Origin: Lama glama
Taxonomy: Eukaryota
Length of the DNA: 64,000 nucleotides
NCBI GenBank assembly: GCA_028534125.1
Contig: CM052816.1
Span: forward strand, 65,474,001 to 65,538,000
Direction of reading: 5' to 3'
Made by a program: the position numbers and the translations under genes
Shown here: piece by piece, positions 39,023 through 50,876 of the stretch
How positions within the stretch are numbered: position 1 is the first letter of the stretch
Layout: every line of letters begins with the position of its first letter
The notes under the pieces: model-generated
The model's database searches: none
Seen by the model: the letters and a program-made list of their open reading frames with translations, nothing else
What the model was told of the DNA's origin: nothing

Positions 39023-42000
39023 TAAAGAATTAATTCACAGAAGAGGTATAGAATCAACCCATGTTTTACCATTTACTGTCTCTGAACATGAGCTTTGTTG
39101 TTTTTAGCTGAAGATATGTATATCATAATCTCTGGCTTTCCCTCACATGTATAGCTAAGGAGATGCACAGCTTTTTAAAATATCATTTTACAAATCATAA
39201 CAACAAAAAAATCGTAACAAAACAACTTCATCGAGAAATAGAAAAGGCATTCGCTAACAAAGTAGAGGCACTTACTTCACGCTGTTAAGTTCCTGCTGTC
39301 TTGGCTGATATCCTGCTAGAAAACTTTACTGCTAGATTCTGTGTTTCTATTACTGGTTTCATTTGAAGTTTCTCATTATGATTGATCCAATTTGTTTTTG
39401 TTGTTCTTAACCAAAAGCAGTTGAGCATCACTGATATGCATACTTTCTTCTTTAGGGTTTGAGAAAACTACTCTGAAATATTTATTGAGCCATCGTTTAT
39501 TTTATCACATATGTATATGCATGTGTTTAAGGAGAGGGAGTTGGAGAAAGGACCTATGTCTCACTATGGTACAACTTTGTGCTCTTCCTCCTCCTCACCC
39601 TAGCTCTACCTCACTGAAAATATCTGTATAAATGTGAGTCACGTCTTATAAGCAAATGTGCCTTCTTGAATTCTTTTCTTCCTAAAGCACCATTCATAAA
39701 CAAGATGGAAAACTCCCTGAAACCTTTGTAAACCATGTTGAAAGAAAAACCTAAGTCAGGTAGAGCTGTGTTCACATTCTGGACCATAGGAGAGGTATTT
39801 CTAGTTCTCATACCTGATAGCCTTCTAACTTGAGCCCAGAATGTCAGGCTCCCATTACTTTGACCCTTCGGTTCAATCAGAATGTTTTGGATATCCAAGT
39901 CTTTAATTATTTGAATTCCCAGTCTTTCTCAGGAAGGTGGGGGTGGCCAGATTAGTTGGCCTTAGGCTATGGGCTGAAAGGATTTTCATTGGCCCCTGTA
40001 CCCAACCCAGTTACTTCCTGATGTAAAGCAGCCAAAACGACTGGGCCACAAATAAGCATGAAATCCTTACTGGCCACACCTTCCCCCAGCTCAGCGGGAA
40101 GCTTCAGGATAAAGAACAGAAATGAACTTTTGTAAAGGGATTAGCTTGAGTAAAGAACGTTATTCATAACCAAACAGAACCTGACGATTCACCAGGATAG
40201 CCTTCAAATCACTGGTTTCTTTGGCGATATCAGAGTCTATATTTCATTTGTTCAGATTTAAAAACACTAGATAACTTTGGAAGGGTACCAGAGGTCAAGG
40301 TACAGGTCTATAGATGGAAAAAGCAAAAATGTCAGATTTAATTTCCACAATTATGCTATGAGATTAGTGGTCCTATGATCTTTATTTTGTTACTTGCCCA
40401 ACTTCTTGCAGCTAAGATTCAGATACAGACCATCTAACTCCAGAGCACTGACTTTTAACATTATGCTATAATTCATCGCTCAGAATAGCTGATCTCACAA
40501 AAGGAAAAGTAGGGATCCCTGGATTGCTAGGCCAAGCATTATCCTGCCAGACTGTTGGGAAGAATAAATACCGTAATGTGTGTGGAGTACCATGGGCTAT
40601 TCCTGGCACAAAGTTAAGCTCTGGGTAAAATGTAGCCATTCCTATTAGTAACTCAGATAGGATCTGGGTAAATTAGCAGGAAGAGCCTTTTTAACTCTAT
40701 TAAATAAGGTATTAAAATCATCTAATTATTAGTATTGTTATTAACAACAACAACAACAAACAAAAAAACTCACGTGTGCACAAGATATGTATACCTTAGC
40801 CTGGGAAAACTGTCTTGGTTTCTCTTTTCAAAGAACTGAATTCTGTGAGAAGCAGCTTTCAGTGGTAGAAAAGCGAGAAGTGCAGGGAATGAGAGACTCT
40901 CCTGTGTTTACATTTGAGGCTTGCCTTCTCGCTGTCAACTTTATCTTCATAACTGCCTCCCGGTTGGGTCTGTGTCTTCTTCGTTTTGAAGAAGGTGGCA
41001 AGAAGAGCCCTAGAATGTTTTGTTTGCATGTAATTGATGTGACAAATGATGGACTCTTACCTAAGAGGCCCCAGATGAGGGTTTGGTTACCAAGTCAGGG
41101 GAAGCCCTGGGGAGCAGTTGTTTCTGGGCTCTCTTGTTGAGCCAGAACAATCTTTCATTGACTGTATTCATGCCACAGGAGCACAGTCAATATTACATTC
41201 CAAAAAAAGGAATAGAAGCCTGTCACAGAAACAGCTGTGTTCCATACACAGCCAGTTCACTCCAGCAAATGGCTAGAAATGGAAAAGTTTCCATTTCTTT
41301 TTGTGTTTATCCTTGATAGTTGTCTTGTAAAAAGTGCCTTTTGTAAATAAGGGAAGCCTGGTTTTAAACAGCCTTGACTAATGCCTGTAATTGAAATAGT
41401 AAGTTCTACAGAGTTCTAGAAAATTAAAATAAATCTGATGGAAAGACATGTATCTTTCAAAGAAAATATTTTGAAGTGTCCTGGCCCCATAGCTCCATTT
41501 TTTTTCCATCCTACATGTAAACTGGATTAGGTTTCTTTTATGTCTAAGTTGTCATTTAGTCTAAAACCTGAGAGAGATTTAAGTACAGAGTTGGACCCCA
41601 CTGAAAGCCTTGTTCACAGACACTACACTGTCTTTGTGTAAATATTCATTGCCGACCATACTACAGTGGGAAAAAAATTATTTTCTTCAGCAGCAGAACA
41701 GTAAGAAACAGATGTTTCTTACCTACCAGTTCATCTCACTGGGCTGTACTCAAGCAACCCAATGGTTCTGTGGATTTTCTGAGAATAGGAACTTAACTGT
41801 GTTCCCCCCAGTTCCTATTCACTTCCAAGCAGAATGCTGGGAATTCTTGAAGGGCTCAGTCAGTGCTGAACAACTGACAAATAATCCACAAAATTCGGAT
41901 GATAGAATTAGCTGGATAAGCCCTGATACAGAATTCTGTCCATGGCAGAAATATTGGGTGATTAGGGAGATGGAATAACTACCACGGAGAGCCAAGATCC

Positions 42001-42657
42001 CATTAAGCATGGTGCATTAATCACAATAAACGAAAATTTGGTGCTTCAAAGAACTGATTTTGCGAAGTATCCGTATTAATATCAAGGAATGGCCTAAGCC
42101 TTAGGGAAATGAGAATCTTCTGCTTTCAGAATAGTATAGCAAGCCTTCGAGGGGGGAGGGTTTGTTTGTTTGTTTTCTTATTTGTATTGTAAAATAAGAC
42201 ATGTTAACTTGTCACCAACATACTATTGTGTGAGTTTTACTAATTAAAGGTGAAATCCCACAAATGTTCTGTAGCGTTGACAATGACTGAATTTTCACTC
42301 TAGTGAGAAACTTGTAAATTATGAGGGTTACCTCCCTCACACTCCTTGAAATCTTTTTCTTCATTCAAATTTTTCTAGCTAGAGGCCAAGTGTTAAATTT
42401 CGTGTTCTGTGACAGCCTCTGTCTCTCTCTATCCCTCCCCAGCTTGGCATCAGGGACATGGAACTGAAATGTTCTCAGTACCCTTGGTCCCTGTCAAAAT
42501 AGCAGGCAAATACTAGACTCTTGAATCAATGTTAAAATGAATTTCTTCTGAATGTGTGTATCTTGCTTCAAGTCATTCATGCAAACATTGAAGAGGACAA
42601 ACAGAGCTTTGTTGACCTCCTCTAGGAAACCTCTCTCTAGTAGACCTCAGCACGTCA

Positions 42658-42755
42658 ATCTGTACTCTTTGGTTACAGTTGTTCAACCAGTTACTAATCT
42701 CACTAATTGTAACCTGTTGAACAACTGAACCCAAAGGGTGCAAAGTGGAAACATG
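42658..42755 (+). ncRNA. MIR582: pre-miR-582 hairpin (5p 42673-42695; 3p 42710-42731)
   Basis: 5p TTACAGTTGTTCAACCAGTTACT matches human miR-582-5p as recalled; 3p TAACCTGTTGAACAACTGAACC; the arms form an approximately 27-bp imperfect stem; flanks 'atctgt.ctctttg' and 'ccaaagggtgcaaagt.gaaaca' match the recalled human precursor. Confidence 0.96.
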
Positions 42756-44154
42756 TCATTGAGAAGTCGGCTGGGGACAAAGGAAACACCACCAGATCCC
42801 CCTTCAGTATGCAAAGGGAAAATTCCTTCTCAAGTAGAAAGTACTTGGTGCCTCTTTGAATTATTAATGTATGACGCTGTGTAAGTCTACATGTATTGTC
42901 TGTTCTTTGGGTGAGGCTTATTTGAAGGGTAAGGTACTGCTTCCATAGTGAGCGATACAAACCATATGTTAACTATTGTCTGAAAATAACCAAGGATATG
43001 AACAATAAAACGTTTTGAAAAATAAGACATGTTTCTTTTATTGATAGCTGTCCCTCAAGGCTGAAGTGAGATATGCAATGTGAGATATAAAATCTGCCGT
43101 GAAATAGACAATCATGTGTCGTTTATATGAGTGACTATATTCATGTGCATTTATGGTCAAGAGCAGGAGGCTTTTAGGTTATTATTCTAAAGTTTGTTTT
43201 GAAAATAAATTTATTTTTTATTTTCTTCAAAATAAATTTCTTACTCGGTATCATACCATATTCACAAAATATTACAGTAAAGCTATTGCTCATTGTTTCA
43301 GAATGTTTTTTCTGTGGTCCCCCAGGGGCTATTTCTGCCTGATGCTTCAGTATCAAGAGCAGCTTCATGTTTTCTAAATAGCTTCACACTATAAATGATT
43401 ATGTTCTCTTTTCACATTGGCTGCTAAGAAGCTCACTTTCACTATGGTAACTGTGGGATGCATTTTGAACAATAACTTTGTTTTCTTACTTTTCCTTAGC
43501 ACCCTCAAATCTTTTCTTTTTTAAATTTAGACTATAATTAATAAGTGCATATCAAACCAAAAACTGTTTCTGGATGAGATTGCTGTTGAAGTATAAATAT
43601 GTCTGTTGTCTAGCTTCCCACCTCATTCTCTCTGGTCATGTTGCTGTTGACTAGGGTGCTCTTGCTCCTTGGAGATTTGGTTAACTTTTGCCATGACCCT
43701 TCTACCAGGACTACATTTAACATCTTTATGCTTCTTTCTGCTTTCAGACCTCTGTGTCCACTGTAGGTGTTCTTTCTCCTGTGGGGCCTCAAACTTGGAT
43801 TCAGACCTGCACAGGAGTTGAGCTGCTTTTCATGAGAAATCCAAGAACCTGGGTGAATTTGACTGTTTTACTAAAACCTTGAAGTGTTGTGAGGAAGACT
43901 CACGTTGTCCATGCATCACGCAGACTTCAGTTGTCTGGTTGGTCCCATCTCCTCACCGAAGGGGTCCTCTTGGAGTCTTTGCTTTCCAAAATCAGCACTT
44001 CTAATCTTACCAGGAGACCTGCCCTAATTGTGGAACTCCCTGGGGATGTGTTACAGGGCTCCAACCTCTACTCCCATCCCTGAATTCTGAGGAATGCCAA
44101 TTCCCCACCTTATTTACATTTGCTTTTCAGTATTAATTGTTCTAGATAAAGGCA

Positions 44155-44930
44155 TTCACTCGCTCAGTCAGTCCTTCACTTAGCAGACCTCTTCAATGTA
44201 CGTGCTATGTTCTAGATACTGGAGATACTAACATAAATAAACATAAATAAAGTGTATCTCCCAAGGAGTTCAAATTGAAGAGTTCACATTGGGAGTTGGG
44301 GGGTGGGCAGAGATTTAAATAGATAAGAGGGAAAATATGTGGTGAATGCAGTGATTAGCAATATGCACAGGGCTTTATGGGAGTGGACCTCATCTGGAGT
44401 GGAAAGGTGTGCTGTAGGGTAAATCTTAAGGAGTAAGTGTGCGGTTGGGGTAGAGGTTCCTAGCAGAAGCAGAGATGCTGAGGCCAGAATCACTTGGTAT
44501 GTATGACAAATGGTCACTGACAATATCTGAAGCTGGACATGAACTAAGACTGATTCCTGGGGACTGTGTGTACCAGGTTAAGGACTTTGATTTTGTCCTG
44601 GAACCATGAAGTATTCCAAGCAGTGGTGGGGCAAGGTCAGATCCTGGAGGCTGAATGGAGAATAAAAATGCAGGCACAAAATTGGAGATCAAGAGTGTTG
44701 TAGGTGGCCACTGCTGTGGCTCAGGCAAGATATTACAGGGGCATAAGACAGGCTGGTAGTTCTAGAAATTAAGAGAAGGGCATAGATTCTGTAAATATTT
44801 AGTAGATATAATTGTCGTGTTTATGAGTGTACTTGGGAGGAGAGGGCAGGTCATTTAATGAATAGTTATTTGTCACTGATAAATAAGACACAGAAGAAGG
44901 TGAGATTTAGGGGCAGGTGGAGTGAGTTTT
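44155..44930 (-). mobile_element. L2 LINE remnant
   Basis: 'gtgctatgttctagatactggagatac...ccaggttaaggactttgattttgtcctg...ctgtggctcaggcaaga...gcatagattct'. Approximate. Confidence 0.7.
44528..44608 (+). repeat. Left arm of 81-bp inverted duplication
   Basis: 75/81 identical to the reverse complement of 45457-45537, no gaps. Confidence 0.95.
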
Positions 44931-45456
44931 GGAGGTTGTAAGGGGATTGAAATTCTATTGAACAGAAGGATGGGGTCAACTAGTAGGCAAATAAGTATAA
45001 ATAAGTATACAAACACCTCATGTATATATTTACATAATACATGTATAAATTGATTCTCTTTCTTTGTCCATTTATTGGGTATAAATACAACTGTGACATC
45101 TAGTAATTTTTTCCTCCCATATAATTTTTGCTAAGCAATAATATGAATCATGAAAAGACAACCATTTCTATGTAATTTCTGCGATGTTGCATTCTTATCC
45201 TATTTTGATTGACAATAAAATGCCTAAGTTGTTTTTTTTTTAACCCAAGTGGTATGATTTATAGAAGGAAAATAAAAATGTCAAAGATAAAATTGCCTAA
45301 ACTTGGAATGTTGGTAAAGTAATATAGTATCACAAAGTGATTTTCTAGTTAGCCAACTGCTGAAAAATTATATTAGTTGTATTTACAATTAATTGATGAT
45401 TTCACTTTGGGCCAGGACCCACAGAGACTGTCACCATTCAGCCCTGCAGTTTTGTC

Positions 45457-45537
45457 CATGGTTCCAGGACAAAATCAAAGTCCTTAACCTGGAACACACG
45501 GTCCCCAGGAATTAGTCTTTGTTTATTTCCAGCTTCA
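45457..45537 (-). repeat. Right arm of 81-bp inverted duplication
   Basis: 'catggttccaggacaaaatcaaagtccttaacctgg...ccagcttca' is the reverse complement of 44528-44608 with 6 substitutions. Confidence 0.95.
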
Positions 45538-46074
45538 TTTTCTGTTCTCCCTTTTGGTGTTGTCTGGATAGTCTCAATTGGCGACCGGAAACAGTTCAGT
45601 AATGCTTGGGCAGCTTCCTCCTGCAGGGTATTGAAATTCATGGCCAGGAATCCCTGTAGAGCTGCTGTTGGAATTTCAGTCCACTGTTAGATTAAATCTA
45701 CCTACAGAAGCTCAAGGGATCCTGTCCAAGGCCGTCTGATCAATACTCCATAGGCCTTGTGCAGAAGAAGCTATTAAGATGTTCTCAGAAGGGAGACTGT
45801 TGAAATTGGATCTAACTAGTATTAGTGGATGGTGATTTAAATGAGGGATATATTGACACTTACTTGGCATCAACCTAGACCTGGGAGGAGTTTGAAAGAA
45901 TAAATTGCCTTTTGACTCAGCTTTGAAGGGATAGAGATGTTAAATATCCCTTGTTCTGTATTATTGGTTCTTAAATATTTGTCAGGAAAGTGGCACAAGT
46001 CAGTCGATAGACAAGGCTCACTGACCTTTGTTCGCCAAATCATCCTCCCCATCTTCTTTGTTTTTGGTTGCAGT

Positions 46075-46131
46075 CACCGCAGTCACCACCACCACCACCA
46101 CCATTATTACTATCATCACATCATCATCATC
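46075..46131. repeat. Compound (CAC)n/(TAT)/(CAT)n trinucleotide repeat
   Basis: Direct reading. Confidence 0.85.
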
Positions 46132-48031
46132 ACAGATAGTTCACGTATTAGGTGCTTAGGTTTGCCTGTGTTTGAACCAGGCACATTCTGGGTCCAAAGC
46201 CCATGTTCTTAATTTCTACTCCATACCTCTTTTCTAGTAGCCCAGAGACCTCCCGTGGTGGGGAAGATGTTGGTGTTGTGCTTTTAAAATGGATTTGAGA
46301 TCCAGTAAGTTCCGTTTCTATTGGTGCTATTTTATATAATTTTGGAAGATGATGCCAGAAGAGTTAACCTTTTGAATTTTTTTTTTTAATTTGAGATATT
46401 TCTAACGACCAGCTATGTAGTGTAACATTTATTGCCACATTTAGTTTATTAAATTGTGACAGACATTTCCGGTTCTTATTCCTCCCTTCTCCCTTTAAAA
46501 AAAAAAGTATTTGTTAATCATGCCTCCTTCTGTCTGTTCCACGAAACTGTAATTTCTTACAAATGCATAAGACTCATGCATTTCTCCAGCTATCAGTAGA
46601 AATGAATGCGTTAAGAAATTCTGCTTCAAGATCTCAAATGGTAAAAGCCATTGACATTGAAAGCTCTTTGTTGTGTGTCCTGTGATGGAGGATGTGGTAA
46701 TGGAGAGGTGCAGAGTGCATCTCCTACCCAACAAGCTAATTGCCCACTTTGAGGCCTCTCTCAGGCCCAAATGCTAAGTGAAACCTCTCCTTTCAGGGAA
46801 ATTAGGCAACCAATGCAGACATTGGGTTCATTAGCCTTATCTAAATCTGGATGAGCCAGTGATAATCTGCACTAATGAAGGTGATTCTTTGAATCAAATG
46901 CTTGTTGATGGGGTTCTTCAGAAGTAGAATGTTGATTTGGTGCCGCCATCCCTATTACAAGAGCTGCGTGTGTAATTATGGTTTCACTCTAAACAGGTTT
47001 GCTTTTGGACTATGACGCTCATCCCATTACTTTATGTTTTTGCTGTCTCCCAACCTCAAAAAGAAAAGCAAAAGACCAAAAAATCTAAAGTGTCTCTAAG
47101 CACCGTATATGGGCTAACATTCATTTTACATTTAGTGTCATAATGTTTTCAAACAACAGGTCAGTTTACAGGTGAGTTTCCTTGTGATAGGATTTGAGTA
47201 CACATGTATGTGATGTTTCCAGTCTCAGTCCTACCTGACCCTTCATGTTGGTAATGGTTTTAAAGGGACCTATGGGAGATGAAACCAAAACACAGTCAAC
47301 CTTCCAAATATCCATACAATGTAGGAAGTCAGGGGCCAAGGTTATTACCGTGTGATCTGCCTAAGAGGGGACAGGGCTGTTTCTCTCTGCTCTAACTCAT
47401 ACCCAGACACACCTCAGCCAACCACTCCCAGTTTGGAAAACATGGCAGGTTTTCTCTGGTCTCTAAACACTGATCTTCCTCCTTCCTTTCCCTAGCATCC
47501 TGCTGCTCCTTTCCAGTCCCTAGGTCAAGGACCAGTTCCTCTCAAAAGCCTTCAGGCAGGATTAGGAGCCTCTCACTGGGCCCCACTTTTTTCTGTAACT
47601 GTTTTGTAGCATTAGCATAGCATTTGCCTTATTAGACTCCACTGATCTGTTTATGGGTCTGAATCCTCAACAGGCTGAGCTTGAGCACTGAAACTGATAT
47701 CTATCTAAAGACTTCAGTATAAAAAAAAAAGTAAGTAAATAAGGACAGGAAAGTTTGTCATGGCAAATGGGACCAAGGGCTAGATCCCACTGGGCCAATT
47801 CAGCTGGGTTAATCGTTGGCCATTTTGGCCCAGATCAACCTGTCCTGCCTCACTTAGTAGTCAGATCTGAGCCACTACCCAGGAGGTTGATTTGCAGTAA
47901 ATATATAATCCCAACTCATCATAATAGCAGAGATCTTGGTAACAGGTTGCTTGATACCTACTGATACGGGAAAATCTTAAACAGGTCTGCATTGGAATCC
48001 TGTCCCACAACCTGTATGATCTTGGGCAATA

Positions 48032-49111
48032 TTTTTTTTTTATTGAATTACAGTTAGTTACAATGTATCAATTTCTGGTATATAGCACAATGTCCAGTCA
48101 TGCATATAAATACATATATTCATTTTCATATTCTTTTTCATTAAAGGTTATTACAAAATATTGAATATAGTTCCCTGTGGTATATTGAATATATTGAATA
48201 CAGTTCCCTTGTTTCTTTTAATCTATTTTTGTGTATTGTGGCTAACATTTGCAAATCTCAAACTCCCAAATTTATCCCTTCTCACTCCCTTTCACCAGTA
48301 ACCATAAGGTTGTTTACTATGTCTGAGAGTCTATTTCTGTTTTGTAGCTGAGTTCATAGTGTCTTTTTTTTTTTTTTAGATTCCACATATGAGTGATATC
48401 ATATGGTATTTTTCTTTCTCTTTCTGGCTTACTTCACTTAGAATGAAGATCCTCTAGGTCCATCCATGTTGCTGCAAATGGCATTACTTTATTCTTTTTT
48501 ATGACTGAGTAGTATTCCATTGTATAAATATACCACAACTTCTTTATCCAGTTGTCTATCGATGGACATTTAGATTGCTTTCATGTCTTGGCTATTGTAA
48601 ATAGTGCTGCTATGAACATTGGGGCGCATGTATCTTTTCAAATTAGAGTTCCCTCCAGATATATACCCAGGAGTGGGATTGCTGGATCATGTGATAATTC
48701 TATTTTTAGTCTTTTGAGAAATCTCCATTCTGTTTTCCATAATGGCTGAACCAAACTACATTCCCACCAGCAGTGTAGGAGGGTTCCCTTTTCTCCATAC
48801 CCTCTCCAGCATTTGTTGTTTGTGAACTTTTGAATGATGGCCATTGTAGTTTTGATTTGCATTTCTCTGGTAATTAGCGATATTGAGCATTTTTTCATGT
48901 GCCTATTGACCATTTGTATGTCTTCATTGGAGAATTGCTTGTTTAGGTCTTCTACCCTTTTTTGGATTGGGTTTGTTTTTTTTGTTGTTAAGTTGTATGA
49001 ACTGTTTATATATTCTGAAATGAAGCCTTTATCAGTCGCCTCATTTGCAAATATTTTCTCCCATCCCATACGTTGTCATTTTTATATTCCTTATGGTTTC
49101 CTTTGCTGTGC
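48032..49111 (-). mobile_element. Young 5'-truncated L1 inserted into a MIR
   Basis: Poly-T start and 3' UTR; ORF2 C-terminus [13 protein letters not shown]...[20 protein letters not shown]...[11 protein letters not shown] halves at ~47985-48031 and ~49125-49285. Confidence 0.93.
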
Positions 49112-49914
49112 TTATAAAGAGCAGCATTTTATCTCTGTCAGCTTTAGTTTTCTCATCTGTTAAAAGAGCATGATAAAATCTTACTCACAGGTTTGTTGTG
49201 AAGATTAAATGTGATGGTATGTGTTGAGTGCACATAGTATAAGAATATAGTAACAACTGATGAACATTCATTGAATGAATAAATGTAGTACCTAGAACAA
49301 AGTCCCCACTTTCCTACCTCCAATACTGACTGAATGGATGAACAGACATCACTCATCTTGCTAAGTATGACTTCCAACTTAGATTCACCCCAAATTACCC
49401 CCAGTTTAGGCAGGCTTTCTCACTTAACTCCCTCAGCCCTAAGATGAACAAAACTACTCTAAGTCTATGTCAGAATGTGTTATCTGTATTGCATTTGCCA
49501 TCATCACAAAAAATCTTTCATGAATTTCTTTTCCAGACTGGATCTTTCTGGATTAGCTTATTGATGATTGTAATTATTGATTAGATCACATTTTTTTCTG
49601 ATTTCTTAATTTTCATATATTTAATTTGCTCTCTTAGATATTTATTCCTTCAGCAGATCTTTGCTGTGACAGCCACTCCTCCAAGCACTGTGAGGGGATG
49701 CAGAGATGTGTGGAGTACAGTTATCTCAGTCAAGGAACTTACACAGGAACAGACAAGATAATGCATGTGCAAACTTAGCTAAACTATTAAGACTACGGGA
49801 CACGTACCTTTAAGAAGATACAAACCAAGAACTCAAGTACTTTCCCCAGTTGTTATTCTCTACTGCATCCTCAATTTTTACTGGTTTCTCACCAAATAAT
49901 TGTGCCAAAGTAGA

Positions 49915-50245
49915 ACTCCTTCAAGTCATTGCTCAGATGTACTTTTTCAGTGATGCCTACTCTGACCACCCTATTTGCTCTATTTGCTATTTCCTATTGC
50001 AATGTATTTCCCTACCCTAGCACCATTCTCTTCCTCTGTTCCCCTACTCAATTCATCCCATAGCACTCATCACCTTTTTAAATACTATGTAATGTTCTTG
50101 TGTATTAGAACTTGTTACTCGCTGTATGTCTCCCTACTGTAGAATGTGAGGTTCATGTGGGTCAGGATCTGTTAGTCACTGATGTAAACCTACAATGAGC
50201 CCCTGACATGTAGTCAGCATTCAATGGATATTTGTTGAATGAATT
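49915..50245 (+). mobile_element. L2a-like 3' end
   Basis: 'tccttcaagtcattgctcagatgt...tagaatgtgaggttcatgtggg...tcaatggatatttgttgaatgaat'. Confidence 0.8.
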
Positions 50246-50369
50246 TATTAAATGAAGTAAGGAATAGCAGTTACGCACTGAGACTGGACAAGTGGCCTGA
50301 CTCTACCACTTTCCGCCATATGATCTCAGATGATTTACTTCAAGCCTCTCATTTCCCAGCTATACGTAC

Positions 50370-50876
50370 TGTAGGAGGGCCAAAAGTTTACCTCTACCCT
50401 TTTAGGGTCTCTCACTGGGCCTGATAATTAAATTTATATAAAATAGATTAATAGGAGAAAAACACACAAATTTATTTAATACAAGTTTTACGTGACACAG
50501 GAGCCCTCATAAGGAAATGAAGACCCAAAGAAGTGGCAAAACCTAAATGCTTTTATTTAAGTCTGAGCCAAGATAGGCAATTGTGGAAAAGTAACTAAAA
50601 TGTATAGAGAGGCTAGTGGAAGATAAGAATTATTTTAACAAGGTCTGTTTCTAAAGAAGTCTCTTGGCCTCGATATCTTGTCTCCTGTGGAGAATGTTTC
50701 TTTCCTCCTGGTACAGGGAGAGCATCTTTCACATGTGAGTTTTATCTTCTGTTTTCTGGAAGAAACAGGGGAGTAAGAGTGCTTCTTGCACCTGCTGTTT
50801 TTCAGGTGCCTTTAGCTCAAAATAATCCGTATGTCGACGTGGCATATTTGAGGGTGGCATATTCTACCACCCCCCA
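50370..50876 (-). mobile_element. ERV1 solo LTR (MER34/MER39-like), inserted into a MIR
   Basis: TG...CA termini with near-match 4-bp TSD gtac/ctac; - strand start 'tggggggtggtagaatatgccaccctcaaatatgcc'; the MIR continues after 50877. Confidence 0.8.

Noticed and set aside
39271..39320. 37-nt - strand micro-exon candidate (ttttctagcag ... GTAAG)
   Set aside because: Weak pyrimidine tract, antisense to the host gene, no recognisable peptide; an antisense lncRNA exon cannot be excluded.
42191..43033. 15-bp direct repeat AAAATAAGACATGTT flanking MIR582, resembling a TSD
   Set aside because: AT-rich and plausible by chance in 64 kb; no polyA tail; an exact TSD is unlikely to survive around an ancient conserved miRNA.
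45937..46212. ORF with poly-His tract
   Set aside because: Produced by a CAC/CAT microsatellite and a MIR fragment.
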